From an uncultured Bacilli bacterium (lineage in GTDB: Bacteria; Bacillota_I; Bacilli_A; RF39; UBA660), in NCBI GenBank assembly GCA_934098515.1, contig CAKOOK010000004.1, forward strand, positions 3,483 to 67,482: a stretch of 64,000 nt of DNA, given 5' to 3'. This document shows positions 47,701 through 58,903 of the stretch, piece by piece. Every line of letters starts with the position of its first letter. Within the stretch, counting starts at the first letter, position 1. The notes under the pieces are model-generated. The model was not told the origin of the DNA. It was given only the letters and a program-made list of their open reading frames with translations, and did not search any database. The translations under genes were made by a program, and so were the position numbers.

Positions 47701-49132
47701 ATATAAAACAATTATTGGGTTAGAGTTACACTGCGAACTTATTACTAATTCTAAAGTTTTTTCTCCTAGCCGTAATAGTTACTGTGAAGTGCCAAACTCT
47801 AATGTTAATGAGATTGATATGTCTTTTCCAGGTATTATGCCTTATTTAAATAAAGAAGCTGTTAAGAAAGCTTTAAAGATGAGTATGGTTTTAGGGTGCA
47901 CACAACCTGATGAACTAGTATTTGATCGTAAGAATTATTTTTATCCTGATTTACCTAAAGGGTATCAAATTACTCAAGTTACGAAACCAGTTGGTATTAA
48001 TGGTCATGTAGAACTTATTTCTAATGGAAAACCATTTGTAGCTGAGATTCATGATATTCATTTAGAAGAAGATACGGCTTCCCTTGATCATTATGATTTC
48101 TTTTCATTAATAGATTATAATAGAGCAGGTGTTCCATTAATTGAGATAGTTACAACGCCTTGTTTTGAAGGTGCTGATGAAGTTGTTGAGTTCTTAGAAT
48201 ATTTAACAAATAGTCTTAAGTATTGTGGTATTTCAGAAGCTGATACTAAGAAAGGGCAAATTAGATGTGATGTTAATGTTAATCTTAAAAATGATGCTGG
48301 TGAGTATGTAACACCTAAAGTAGAGATTAAGAATATTAACTCATTTAGTAATGTAGCAAGTGCAATTAAGTATGAAACGTATAGACAAACTAAAGCATTA
48401 GAACTTAATCAAACTGATGAGTTATGTCAGGAAACAAGAAGATATGATGAGACTACTAATACTACTATACGTATGCGTAAAAAAGAAGGAAGCATTGATT
48501 ATAAGTATTTTGTTGAGCCTAATATTCCAAGAATTAAAATAGATTCTAAGTGGCTTGAGGAGATAAAAAGTGAGATACCAACACTTCCTAATGAAAGACT
48601 TAAGACCTATATGGAAAAGTATGGATTAAGTGAATATGATGGTAAGATTCTTGTTCGTAATAAAGATATATCTGATTATTTTAATAAATGTTTGCTTCTT
48701 GGAATTAATCCTAAAATAGCATCTAACTGGATAACTACGGAGATTATGTCTGTTATTAATAAGGAAAGCATTAATATTAAAGATTTATTCTTAACACCTG
48801 AAAGATTACTTCAAATAGTTAAAGCATTAGAATCTAATACAATATCTTCTAAGCAAGCTAAAGAGTTATTTGCTCTTACTCTAAAAGAGATGGCTGAACC
48901 AAATGCTTTAATTGAAAAGTATGGGATGAAACAACTAGATAATGATGATGAGTTAGAGTCTATTATTAAAAAGATTTTAGATAATAATGCATCTCAAATA
49001 GAGGCATACTGGAATGGTAAAACTAATATGTTTGATTATTTTGTAGGTCAAACAATGAAAGAAACTAGAGGTAAAGCTAATCCAGTTAAAGCAAAAGAAA
49101 TTATTACAAGAGAGTTAAATGCAAGAAAGTAA
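47693..49132 (+). CDS. gatB: Asp/Glu-tRNA amidotransferase subunit B
   Basis: IGLELHCEL, DRKNYFYPDLPKGYQITQ, NRAGVPLIEIV, C-terminal YqeY-like domain. Confidence 0.95.
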   Translation: MSKYKTIIGLELHCELITNSKVFSPSRNSYCEVPNSNVNEIDMSFPGIMPYLNKEAVKKALKMSMVLGCTQPDELVFDRKNYFYPDLPKGYQITQVTKPVGINGHVELISNGKPFVAEIHDIHLEEDTASLDHYDFFSLIDYNRAGVPLIEIVTTPCFEGADEVVEFLEYLTNSLKYCGISEADTKKGQIRCDVNVNLKNDAGEYVTPKVEIKNINSFSNVASAIKYETYRQTKALELNQTDELCQETRRYDETTNTTIRMRKKEGSIDYKYFVEPNIPRIKIDSKWLEEIKSEIPTLPNERLKTYMEKYGLSEYDGKILVRNKDISDYFNKCLLLGINPKIASNWITTEIMSVINKESINIKDLFLTPERLLQIVKALESNTISSKQAKELFALTLKEMAEPNALIEKYGMKQLDNDDELESIIKKILDNNASQIEAYWNGKTNMFDYFVGQTMKETRGKANPVKAKEIITRELNARK

Positions 49133-49151
49133 CTTAATATTTGACATAAAG

Positions 49152-49176
49152 CAACCATAAAATGGTTGTTTTTTTG
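49152..49176 (+). terminator. rho-independent terminator after gatB
   Basis: caaccat-aaa-atggttg plus T7. Confidence 0.75.
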
Positions 49177-49215
49177 AGCTTTTCTTTAGTATAATTAAAC
49201 TTGAAGGAGAATATT

Positions 49216-51369
49216 ATGATCAAATTAAAAGATGTATCTAAGTATTATTATAATAAGGGCCTTATAACTTCAGGTATTACTAAGATTAATGCTGAGTTTA
49301 ATATAGGTGAGTTTATAGTAATTACTGGTGAGAGTGGTAGTGGTAAGTCAACTTTACTTAATGTTATATCGGGGCTAGATACTTATGAAGATGGTGAGAT
49401 GTATATTGAAGGTAAGGAAACTAGTCATTACGGAGATGAAGACTTTGAAGAGTACCGTAAGGAATATATTAGTAATATCTTTCAAAATTTTAATTTAGTT
49501 GGAAGTTATACTGTATATCAAAACATTGAACTAGTTATGCTTATTAATGGATATACTAAAAAGGAAGCTAGACCTAAGATATTAAAGCTTATTAATGAGG
49601 TAGAACTTACTAAGTATAAGAATACTAGAGTGTCTAAACTATCTGGTGGGCAGAAACAGAGAGTAGCTATTGCTAGAGCACTTGCTAAGAATACGCCAAT
49701 TATTATTGCGGATGAGCCAACTGGTAATTTAGATAAAAGGGCTGCTGAAAGTGTACTTAAAACGCTTGCTCTTACGGCTAAAGATAAACTAGTTATTGTT
49801 GTAACACATAACTATGAACAGGTTGAAAAGTATGCGACAAGAAAAATAACAATGTTTGATGGGAAAATTTTAGAAGATAAGGTTATTACTAAGATTGATG
49901 AAGTGAAAACAGATGGTAATTTGGAAAGTAAGAAAATGAAACCATTATCTAAATTTAGGTTAGGTGTTAGAAATACGTTTAATATTGTTCCTAAGTTCTT
50001 ATTACTTCTTGCTGTGTTTTTATTTATGTTTGCAGCTATTACTACTGAGATGGCTGGTTTTAGAGAAAATAAGTACGAGGAAGAACGTATTGGTTATAAT
50101 TCATATTTACAGAATAAGGACACAAGTAGAATTATAATTAATAAGAGTGATAAATCGCCGTTTACTGATGAGGATTATCAAAGAATAGAGGCACTAGGTA
50201 ATATTTCCAGAATTCAGAAAGATGATTATTTGGAGGATTTAAGTGCTAGTTTATATTCAGATTATTATTATATAAGTGGTAGAGTTATTAAGAAAACTAG
50301 TCAAAAACTTGATTTAGGTAGAAATATTGAGAAAGATAACGAAGTTGTTATTCAAATGAATAAAGAAAATAATTCAATAGGTGATCCTGAGAAAATTCTT
50401 AATAAGGAGTTTATGTATAATTATCAAGATAATACTGATAAGTTAAAGGTTGTTGGGATTATCTTTAATGATGATTTGGATTATGAATCTATTATAGAAG
50501 TGTCTGATAATAAGATAAGTGAGTTTGTTTTAAATTATGTAATTAGTCATACTTCACAAACTTTAGCGGTTAATGGTGCGGATACTTATTGTAATTTATT
50601 ATATATTGATAGTGTTAATGATAGCTCTATTTATGTTAATGAGAATTTAAATAATAATAGTTATCCTATTAAGATGATCAGTTTATCTTTAGGTAATACG
50701 TATGTTAATAAGGTGTTTGATTTGAAGGTAGAACATGTAATAAATAAGTATAATTCTAAAAGGTTAACTGGTTATTCCTATGAAGAAAATACTTGTTATT
50801 TAAGTAAAAATTTAATTAGAAATACTTTAATAAGTGATAAGTATCAAACTAGTATATTTGTTAAAGATGAAGTTAAGATAAATGATACGATAGAAGAGTT
50901 AATGAATTTAGGATATAGTACTTATGCTGTTAAAGATATGCTGATTAATGAAAGTGCGACAATGACATATATTTATAATATTATTAATTTAGTTTTGATG
51001 ATTATTATACTTGTGGCGATGTTCTTTATTTCATATTTAATTATTAAATTAATTTTAAAATCACGTAAGAATTATTATACGATTATTAGAATACTCGGTG
51101 GAAGTAAGAAAAACTGTAAGAGTATCTTAAAGATAGAGTTATATACTATTTTAAATATAGCGTTCATTATAATTGCTTTCCTTGTGTATATGATAACTCG
51201 TGGTATGATAGATATTTCTTTAAGAAGTAGTTTAAAATTATTAAATATAAAAGATTATGTTCTAATTTATATTTTGATATTTGCACTAACTTATTTAATA
51301 AGTGTTCGTTTTGGCAGATTTATCTTTAAAGAAAGTGCGATTAAGACTTATAACGAAAAGGAAGAGTAA
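49216..51369 (+). CDS. fused ABC ATPase / FtsX-like permease (MacB-type architecture)
   Basis: Walker [29 protein letters not shown]; large extracytoplasmic segment; C-terminal FtsX-like TM bundle. Confidence 0.85.
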   Translation: MIKLKDVSKYYYNKGLITSGITKINAEFNIGEFIVITGESGSGKSTLLNVISGLDTYEDGEMYIEGKETSHYGDEDFEEYRKEYISNIFQNFNLVGSYTVYQNIELVMLINGYTKKEARPKILKLINEVELTKYKNTRVSKLSGGQKQRVAIARALAKNTPIIIADEPTGNLDKRAAESVLKTLALTAKDKLVIVVTHNYEQVEKYATRKITMFDGKILEDKVITKIDEVKTDGNLESKKMKPLSKFRLGVRNTFNIVPKFLLLLAVFLFMFAAITTEMAGFRENKYEEERIGYNSYLQNKDTSRIIINKSDKSPFTDEDYQRIEALGNISRIQKDDYLEDLSASLYSDYYYISGRVIKKTSQKLDLGRNIEKDNEVVIQMNKENNSIGDPEKILNKEFMYNYQDNTDKLKVVGIIFNDDLDYESIIEVSDNKISEFVLNYVISHTSQTLAVNGADTYCNLLYIDSVNDSSIYVNENLNNNSYPIKMISLSLGNTYVNKVFDLKVEHVINKYNSKRLTGYSYEENTCYLSKNLIRNTLISDKYQTSIFVKDEVKINDTIEELMNLGYSTYAVKDMLINESATMTYIYNIINLVLMIIILVAMFFISYLIIKLILKSRKNYYTIIRILGGSKKNCKSILKIELYTILNIAFIIIAFLVYMITRGMIDISLRSSLKLLNIKDYVLIYILIFALTYLISVRFGRFIFKESAIKTYNEKEE

Positions 51370-53762
51370 TGATAAGACTAGAAAAAGTAAATAAATATTA
51401 CAATAAGGGTAAGAAAAATCAAATCCACGTTATAGATAATACAAGTTTAGAATTAGGGGAGAAAGGTTTAGTTGCTCTTTTAGGTCCTTCTGGATGTGGT
51501 AAAACAACTCTTTTGAATGTTATTGGCGGTTTAGATAAAATTAAAAAGGGAAAAATTTATGTAAATGGACAGAAGATAAGTACAAGAAGGTCTTATAAGG
51601 TAGATAAGATACGTAATTTAAATATTGGATATATTTTTCAAGATTATAAGTTAATAGATAATTTGTCTGTATATGATAATGTTGCGATTGTCTTAAAGAT
51701 GATTGGTATTAAGGATAAAAATGAGATTAAAAAGAGAGTTGAATATATTTTAAATAGTCTTAATATTTATCGTTTTAAATCAAGACCAGCATCAATGCTT
51801 TCTGGAGGGCAAAGACAAAGAGTTGGAATTGCTAGAGCGTTAGTAAAGGATCCGGATATTATTTTAGCAGATGAACCAACTGGTAATTTAGATTCTAAAA
51901 ATTCTTTAGAGATTATGAATATTATTAAAGCAATTTCTAAAAATAGATTAGTTATTTTAGTTACACATGAGACAGAACTTGCACATTTTTATGCTGATCG
52001 CATTATTGAGATTGAAGATGGTAAGATTGAGAAGGATTATACTAATGATAATAAGAATGGTTTAGATTATCGTATTGAAAATAATATTTATTTAAAAGAT
52101 TTAAAGCATCAAGAAGTTAATGATAAAAATTTAAAATTTCAAATTTATGAAAATAAGGAAACTAATTTAAATATTACTTTGGTTGTTCAAAATGGTAATA
52201 TTTATATAAAGAATGACGGGCCTGAAAAAGTAGAAGTTATTGGTACGGATTCTAATATTGAACTTATTGATGATCATTATAAGACAATTGCTAAAGAAGA
52301 TGCTGAAAAATATAATTTTGATTTTCAAAGTATTATTAGTAAAGATTTTAAGAAGAGGTATTCTAGTATTTTTAATCCGATAACGTTTATAAAAAGTGGT
52401 TTTAAAAAGATTATTAATTATAAACCACTTAAGAAGTTTTTACTTCTTGGGTATATGGCGGCAGCTATGTTTATCTTATTTAGTGTAAGCAGAATAGCAG
52501 CAACTTTTGTAGTAAAAGATGAAGATTTTATTAAGTATAATGATACATATATTCAAATTAGTACTAATAAGTTAAATGTTGCAGATTATAATAAGGTAAC
52601 TAATATAGATGATATTAATTATGCTATGCCAGGAGATTCTTTAGTTAGTCTACCTTTAGTGTATAATAATTTACTTCAAACTACTGGTGTAAGAGAGTAT
52701 GTTACGGGATCTCTTGCTAGTGTTAAATTACTTAAGAATGAAGATATTTTATATGGTAAGATGCCAGTAAATAAGAATGAGATAGCAATAAGTAAGACTG
52801 TTGCTGAAAAGGTTTTAAGTAATGGTTATGCTAAGGAAGCAGGTATTAATACTATTAATGGATTTGTTGGTAAGATTATTAGGTTAGATTATTCTAGTGA
52901 TATGATAGTAACTGGTATAGTGGATACGTCTAATCCTTCGGTTTATGCTTTTGAAGAAGAGTTTACTAATATCTTATATAATAATGCTTTAAATGAAGAT
53001 AAAGCTATTGAACTTTCTAATATGGGAAGCGTGGAGTATGTTTTAAAGGAAGGCAAGAATCCAGAAAATACTTATGAGATTATAGTTCCTTATAGTCAAA
53101 GATATGCTTATCCATTAAATGAAAAAGTAGATGAGAAAATTAATGATAAGAAATTAAAAGTTGTTGGTTATTATTTATCTAGTAAGACAAGTAAGTATAT
53201 AACTAATGAAGAGACGATGAAGATGCAACTTATTAATAATTCTAGAAGTATTACAATTAGTTCTAATGATAAGGAAACTGTAATAGAAGAGTTAAAAAAT
53301 AGAGAAATAAGTGCCAGAGATACTTATGAAATAGCAAGAAATGAATATATTAGGGATAATGAGAGTGCAACGAATGCAATTTTAATATTTTCGGCAGTTA
53401 TTATAGTAATATCTTTAATTGAGGTATTCTTAATGATAAGATCATCATTCTTATCTAGAATTAGAGAAATTGGTATTTATAGAGCAATTGGTGTTAAGAA
53501 GAAAGATATTTATAAGATGTTCTTAGGTGAAATTCTTGCAATATCATTTACTGCATCTTTAGGTGGTATTATCTTAATGACTTATGTTTTATATAATATT
53601 ACTCAGATTAAATTTTTAACAGATTTCTGTGTTCTTAATCCATTTACTATTGGTATTTCGGTTATTATTTGTTTTGGATTTAATATAATTGTTGGACTTA
53701 TTCCAGTAGCAAATACCATGCATAAAAGACCAGCAGAGATTTTATCGAGAAAAGACATTTAG
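51369..53762 (+). CDS. fused ABC ATPase / FtsX-like permease (second copy)
   Basis: [28 protein letters not shown]; C-terminal FtsX-like domain ([15 protein letters not shown]). Confidence 0.85.
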   Translation: MIRLEKVNKYYNKGKKNQIHVIDNTSLELGEKGLVALLGPSGCGKTTLLNVIGGLDKIKKGKIYVNGQKISTRRSYKVDKIRNLNIGYIFQDYKLIDNLSVYDNVAIVLKMIGIKDKNEIKKRVEYILNSLNIYRFKSRPASMLSGGQRQRVGIARALVKDPDIILADEPTGNLDSKNSLEIMNIIKAISKNRLVILVTHETELAHFYADRIIEIEDGKIEKDYTNDNKNGLDYRIENNIYLKDLKHQEVNDKNLKFQIYENKETNLNITLVVQNGNIYIKNDGPEKVEVIGTDSNIELIDDHYKTIAKEDAEKYNFDFQSIISKDFKKRYSSIFNPITFIKSGFKKIINYKPLKKFLLLGYMAAAMFILFSVSRIAATFVVKDEDFIKYNDTYIQISTNKLNVADYNKVTNIDDINYAMPGDSLVSLPLVYNNLLQTTGVREYVTGSLASVKLLKNEDILYGKMPVNKNEIAISKTVAEKVLSNGYAKEAGINTINGFVGKIIRLDYSSDMIVTGIVDTSNPSVYAFEEEFTNILYNNALNEDKAIELSNMGSVEYVLKEGKNPENTYEIIVPYSQRYAYPLNEKVDEKINDKKLKVVGYYLSSKTSKYITNEETMKMQLINNSRSITISSNDKETVIEELKNREISARDTYEIARNEYIRDNESATNAILIFSAVIIVISLIEVFLMIRSSFLSRIREIGIYRAIGVKKKDIYKMFLGEILAISFTASLGGIILMTYVLYNITQIKFLTDFCVLNPFTIGISVIICFGFNIIVGLIPVANTMHKRPAEILSRKDI

Positions 53763-53776
53763 AGTGTCTTTTTTTC
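53751..53776 (+). terminator. rho-independent terminator
   Basis: aaagaca-tttagag-tgtcttt plus T-run, overlapping the stop codon. Confidence 0.65.
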
Positions 53777-53827
53777 TTGAAGTAAAATTAAATAAATGTT
53801 AATATTAAATAGGAAAGTAGGGATAAG

Positions 53828-54799
53828 ATGAAACATATTATGCCAGTAAAAGATGATACAGATCCTATACTTAAAGCATATTTCAAAGTTGAAGAAGAGG
53901 CTTTTCCTAGTAAAGTAGAAGAACTTTATATTAAACTTGCTAATTTAGTAAGTGATTATTTTGAGTATTATGGTGTGCTTAGTAAAAAACAAACTGATTA
54001 TGATGCTAGTTTTAATATAATTACTAGTTATGGTTCGAAAATGATGACTTTAAAAGCTAAAATATTTGTTATAGAAGAGCAAATTAGAAGTATTGTTTCT
54101 GGACAGATGAACAGTAGTGATGTTAATCTTTTACATAAGTTATCATCACAACTTTATCCATTAAAACGCAGTTTAGAAACAATGCAGAGACAAGATGATA
54201 ATAATAGAAGAGTGGTAAACTCTAAAAATAATGAAATAAGTTCGGTTCATAGTTTACTTATGAATATAATAAGTGGTATTCGTGATATTCTAAAAGAAAT
54301 TGTTAGTTTGGATATAAATGGGGTTAGAAAATTAGATAGAATAAAAGTAACTGATAAACATGAAAATGAGATAAGGGAAATTTTTAAATTTAGTAAAGAT
54401 TATGGGGATATTTTTATTTCTTATTTACATTCTAGTGTAGATGCTAGAATTGCGGCTTTTAATATGATTGAAGCAATTGCCGAGAAGATTATTTCTTTAT
54501 ATAATCATAATGTTTTAGGTGAAGGCTTTAGTATTGAAGAGACTGATAGGTATAGGGTTGCTGATCATGTTATTGCTTCGGCTTCTTTGGATAATCTTAT
54601 TAATGGTAGGGATGTTAATGATATTGAAAAGTTGCAATCTGAGGATATTCCTATTTTAAATGAAAGTACAAAGTTTTTAACTACTGGTTTAATTAATCCG
54701 CAACTTATCGAAAGGTATAAGACAGAAGTTGTTAGTTATAATAATAGAATGCTTTTAAAATCATTAGAAAATGGTGCTCTTAGAAGTTATTATATTTAA
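53828..54799 (+). CDS. hypothetical, predicted all-helical/coiled-coil protein
   Basis: ORF with an RBS and its own terminator. No catalytic motif recognised. Confidence 0.4.
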   Translation: MKHIMPVKDDTDPILKAYFKVEEEAFPSKVEELYIKLANLVSDYFEYYGVLSKKQTDYDASFNIITSYGSKMMTLKAKIFVIEEQIRSIVSGQMNSSDVNLLHKLSSQLYPLKRSLETMQRQDDNNRRVVNSKNNEISSVHSLLMNIISGIRDILKEIVSLDINGVRKLDRIKVTDKHENEIREIFKFSKDYGDIFISYLHSSVDARIAAFNMIEAIAEKIISLYNHNVLGEGFSIEETDRYRVADHVIASASLDNLINGRDVNDIEKLQSEDIPILNESTKFLTTGLINPQLIERYKTEVVSYNNRMLLKSLENGALRSYYI

Positions 54800-54803
54800 A
54801 ATT

Positions 54804-54831
54804 AAGGGAAATATCTAGATTTCCTTTTTTT
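54804..54831 (+). terminator. rho-independent terminator
   Basis: aagggaaat-atctag-atttcctt plus T6. Confidence 0.7.
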
Positions 54832-54871
54832 AGTGTGATATACTAATTTTATAGTAAAGAGGTTGGATAAA

Positions 54872-56632
54872 ATGTTTGGAAAGATAAAGTATATTAGTGA
54901 TAATACTGCGGTTGTTGAAATTAATAAAGATGGTAATCTCGTTAGTAATTTAATGAATTTACATGTTGTATTTGAATCTAATGGTGATAAACTTTTGGGT
55001 GAAGTTAAGAATGTTGATGAAAACTCTGTAAAGATAGAGTTATTAGGTGAGTTTGCTGGTACTCGTTTTATTGCAGGTACTATTAAGAAACCTACTTTAA
55101 CAAGTACTCTTAGAGTAATTAATGAAGAAGAACTTGATATTATAATGGGTAAGGCTGATGAAAACTCATTATATATTGGTAAGAGTCCGATTTATAAAGA
55201 TAGAAGTATTTATGCAAATATTAATGATTTATTTTCAAACCATTTAGCAATATTTGGTAACTCTGGTTCAGGTAAATCTTGTTCAGTTTCAAGAATAGTA
55301 CAAAATATATTTTTAAATCAAAACTTCTTAGCACAGAATGCAAACCTTTTTATTTTTGATGCTTATGGTGAGTATAAGAATGCTTTTAGAGATATAAATA
55401 AGATTAATCAAGCATATCAATATAAGTTTTTAACGACTAATCCAACAGAAGAAACGGATATGTTATTTCAGTTACCTGTTTTCTTATTTACTAATGATGA
55501 TGTAGCACTTTTGCTTAATGCAGATAATCATGCACAACTTACAATTATTGAACGTATGATGAAACTCGCTAAATTATTTAGTCGTAATGATGCAGTTACT
55601 GAGAAACTTAAGAATCACTTAATTGCTAAAGCTATTCAGTCAGTATTATTTAGTAATCAAAATGCTTCTGGTAAGAAAAATGATATTTTTACAATTATTT
55701 CATCTTGTCAAACACCTGCATTTAATATGAATACGGAGATTCAAGGTATTGGTTATACAAGAAGATTTAGTGAGTGCTTTAAAATTGATAGTAAAGGTGA
55801 GTTTGGTGAAAGTGTTCTTATTAATGAATATATTGCTAAAAATCTTAATGAAGAGTTAGAAAGTACTATTGAGGTTCCTAGTCAGGCTTTCTTTACATTA
55901 AGGGATATGGAGAAGGCTTTAGAGTTTACTTTAATTGGTGAAGGGTTCTTAAATAATAGATTAATGCAAGATTCAGCAATTATTTTAAAGGTTAGATTAC
56001 ACTCTATTATTAATAGTCGTAATGCATTGTATTTTGATATTAAGCAGTATATTACTTTAGAACAGTATATATCTAGTTTGATTGTCCTAAATCATAGACG
56101 TAGTCAAATTATTAATATTAATTTAGAAGATGTTGATGATAATTTAGCGAAGGTTATTGTTAAGATTGTTAGTAAGATGATATTTGATTTTTCTAAGTCA
56201 CGCAAGATTAGAGCATCTATTCCATTTCATTTAATTATAGAAGAAGCACATAGATATGTAGTTGCAGATAATGATAAGTTCCTTCTTGGTTATAATATAT
56301 TTGAACGTATTGCTAAGGAAGGCCGTAAGTATGGCGTACTTATTGATTTAATTAGTCAAAGACCAGTTGATATTTCAGAAACTGTTGTAGCACAGATGAG
56401 TAACTTCTTAGTTTTAAAGATGACCCATCCAAAAGATTTAGAATATATTGAAAAGATGCTTCCAAATGTATCAAGTGATATTATTGAAAAACTTAATTCT
56501 TTGCAGTCTGGTACGTTAGTATCATTTGGTAATGCCTTTAAGATACCATTACTTATTAAGATGGATTTACCAAACCCATTACCATACTCTAGTAACTGTG
56601 ATGTTATTGCTAGATGGAAAGGAAATAACTAA
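54872..56632 (+). CDS. HerA/FtsK-superfamily ATPase (HAS-barrel + DUF87-like ATPase)
   Basis: N-terminal barrel-like segment GKIKYISDNTAVVEI; Walker A GNSGSGKS; Walker B HLIIEEAHRYV; GRKYGVLIDLISQRP. ATG 54872 behind aagagg. Confidence 0.75.
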   Translation: MFGKIKYISDNTAVVEINKDGNLVSNLMNLHVVFESNGDKLLGEVKNVDENSVKIELLGEFAGTRFIAGTIKKPTLTSTLRVINEEELDIIMGKADENSLYIGKSPIYKDRSIYANINDLFSNHLAIFGNSGSGKSCSVSRIVQNIFLNQNFLAQNANLFIFDAYGEYKNAFRDINKINQAYQYKFLTTNPTEETDMLFQLPVFLFTNDDVALLLNADNHAQLTIIERMMKLAKLFSRNDAVTEKLKNHLIAKAIQSVLFSNQNASGKKNDIFTIISSCQTPAFNMNTEIQGIGYTRRFSECFKIDSKGEFGESVLINEYIAKNLNEELESTIEVPSQAFFTLRDMEKALEFTLIGEGFLNNRLMQDSAIILKVRLHSIINSRNALYFDIKQYITLEQYISSLIVLNHRRSQIININLEDVDDNLAKVIVKIVSKMIFDFSKSRKIRASIPFHLIIEEAHRYVVADNDKFLLGYNIFERIAKEGRKYGVLIDLISQRPVDISETVVAQMSNFLVLKMTHPKDLEYIEKMLPNVSSDIIEKLNSLQSGTLVSFGNAFKIPLLIKMDLPNPLPYSSNCDVIARWKGNN

Positions 56633-56649
56633 TTATAGTTAAAGTGATT

Positions 56650-58851
56650 ATGAAGAAAGAAATGAAAAGGGAAGTAGAGGATGCATTAGAGATATTAAAT
56701 GGCTTAATTAGTAATTATAATGATTTCTTTATTAATGAAAGTAAGCCGATTCCAGATGAGATAAAAGATACTTATTTAAATGTTGCTAAAGCGTTTATGA
56801 ACGATCTTAAAGAAGAAGATTTAAAGAAATATCAAAAGTCTTCTTCTTATGAAGATTTGGTAAGTAAATATAATACTCTTAAAAGTAATGTTAGTGAAGC
56901 AGAATCTAGAATAAAAGATCATAATGATAAAGTAATAATGCTTGATAAAGAAAATAAAATTAAAGATATGGGTGAGATTAGTAGTGATGCATCTATTCAA
57001 GATGATATTATTACTGTGCCTAGTGAAGAACTTCTTTTGGCAAGTAGTGCTGATGATAAACTTAAATATGTTACTGATAAGATTAAGTATGTAACTTCTT
57101 TAGAAGGCACTTTAGAAGAAGAAATATTAATTCTTACTTATACTAATAAGGATTCTAAGAGTTATATGAATGCTCTTAAAGATTATCCTAATGTTGGGGT
57201 TATGCCAATAAATAAGTTTATTTATTCATTAAGTGATATTAAAACAACAGAGGTGTCACTTAATAAAGTGATAGATGAAGAATTATCTAATAACTTAAAG
57301 GATGATAATTATACTAGAAATTTAGTTTTATATTTATTACATTATCATCAAAATACATATTCTTCTTTAGCGTTTAGTGATAAAAATTCTTATAATGATT
57401 ATCTCGATAGTTTGAATTTAAAGACACTTAAGGGTGAAACAGTAAGTAGTCCAGCGATTTTAAATATTACTGATTTTCTTACTGAGAATAAAGTTAATTA
57501 TAAGATTAAGAATATTTTAGAAGATAATGAGATATTTAATGTAATTAGTTTAGATAATGATATAGATATTATTTATTTTGAGTTAGATGAAAAAGGTGAG
57601 AGGCCAGTATTTTTTAAAGATAGTTATAAGGAGATTATTGATAAGATTAGAAGTGATTATGAAAGTAGTCATACTAAGTTAGTTGAGTGTTATGCTTACG
57701 AAAAGAAAAACGGTTCTATTATTAATAATTTATATACTAAGTTATATGATGCTGGTGTTAAGTTTGCTTTAGAAGATGCTAGTGTTCTTTTAGAATTATT
57801 AGAAAAACAAAATCCTAATTTAATGGTATCTATTAAAGAAGCAATGCAAATAACAATTAATGCTTTAATTCAAGAAAATAAAACTCTTGATGAATTTAAT
57901 GATTCATTAAGTGAACGTAAGCTTGCCGAACTTTTAAAACCTATTTATGATAAGTGTGATGTTTTAAATGATTTAGGTACAGAAACATATAAAATAGCAG
58001 ATAGTCTTAAAGATAATTTAAATTATAAGTATATAGTAGTTGATAGTTTTGAAGAAATAACTACTTCTAAGTTTAAATTAATTCAAAGGATTAAAGATAT
58101 TACGCAGGCTAATTTACTATTTTTAGGTGATGACTGGCAAAGTATCTATTTAAATAGTGGAACTAATCCTAAATATATTAAAAATATTAAGAAGTATTAT
58201 CCTAATATTAAAATTACACTTCTTCCATATAATCCAGTTAACTATAAACTTTATGAAATTGCTAAGTTAGTTATTGGGAAGACAAATAATTATTATGATA
58301 AAAAAGTTACTGGTACGAGTAATGGTTCATCTATTGGAGTAGTGTATGTTAAAGATAAAAATGAGATTAAAGATAAAATAGCAAATAAGATTAAAGATTT
58401 AACTGGTAGTATTACTCTTTTAGGTAGATATGCTAGTGATAATCCTAATATTCCTGATGTGAAATTTGCTTTAATAAATGATTCTAAAACTTATAATTCA
58501 GACTATACTTTTATAATAAATACAGAAAAAGGTTTATGTGGTTATCCAAATGAATTAATTAATAATGTTATCTTAAATAAAATAATTGAAATAGAGCCAG
58601 CAATATATAATGAGTATCGGTCTTTAGCAAATGTTATTAGAAATACTAATAAAAGAGTGTATTTGGTAGTTAATGAAGAAAACACCTCTAAAGTATTTAA
58701 GGATATTTTTAATATTTATAAGGATGATATTTCGAGAGAAGAAAATGAGTGCCCGGTATGTGGAAGTGCTCTTGTTATAAAACCAGTTCTTGATAAGGAA
58801 GAACTAGCGTGTTCTAATGAAAAATGTAGTTATTACAGAGAGATAAATTAG
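56650..58851 (+). CDS. UvrD/Rep/helicase IV-like protein with degenerate ATPase motifs and a C-terminal C4 zinc ribbon
   Basis: Motif Ia-like ILILTYTNKDSKSY; motif III-like LLFLGDDWQSIY; motif II position reads VVDSFEE instead of DEFQD; Walker A position reads SSADDKL. C-terminus CPVCGS...CSNEKC. Confidence 0.55.
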   Translation: MKKEMKREVEDALEILNGLISNYNDFFINESKPIPDEIKDTYLNVAKAFMNDLKEEDLKKYQKSSSYEDLVSKYNTLKSNVSEAESRIKDHNDKVIMLDKENKIKDMGEISSDASIQDDIITVPSEELLLASSADDKLKYVTDKIKYVTSLEGTLEEEILILTYTNKDSKSYMNALKDYPNVGVMPINKFIYSLSDIKTTEVSLNKVIDEELSNNLKDDNYTRNLVLYLLHYHQNTYSSLAFSDKNSYNDYLDSLNLKTLKGETVSSPAILNITDFLTENKVNYKIKNILEDNEIFNVISLDNDIDIIYFELDEKGERPVFFKDSYKEIIDKIRSDYESSHTKLVECYAYEKKNGSIINNLYTKLYDAGVKFALEDASVLLELLEKQNPNLMVSIKEAMQITINALIQENKTLDEFNDSLSERKLAELLKPIYDKCDVLNDLGTETYKIADSLKDNLNYKYIVVDSFEEITTSKFKLIQRIKDITQANLLFLGDDWQSIYLNSGTNPKYIKNIKKYYPNIKITLLPYNPVNYKLYEIAKLVIGKTNNYYDKKVTGTSNGSSIGVVYVKDKNEIKDKIANKIKDLTGSITLLGRYASDNPNIPDVKFALINDSKTYNSDYTFIINTEKGLCGYPNELINNVILNKIIEIEPAIYNEYRSLANVIRNTNKRVYLVVNEENTSKVFKDIFNIYKDDISREENECPVCGSALVIKPVLDKEELACSNEKCSYYREIN

Positions 58852-58868
58852 AATTAATTGTATGGGAC

Positions 58869-58897
58869 TTGAAAAGCACATTAAATTGTGATAGACT
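58869..58897 (+). promoter_or_regulatory. promoter of the thrS T-box leader
   Basis: TTGAAA (58869..58874), 17 nt containing a TGTG -16 element, TAGACT (58892..58897). Confidence 0.55.
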
Positions 58898-58903
58898 TGA
58901 AGT

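Noticed and set aside
23985-54850. Shared 14-mer gtgatatactaatt upstream of both the Tad-like operon (~24000) and the HerA-like gene (~54835), as a possible common operator
   Set aside because: It is most simply the Bacillota extended -10 consensus (TRTG-n-TATACT) plus AT-rich downstream sequence. The thrS leader promoter has the same tgtgata pattern.
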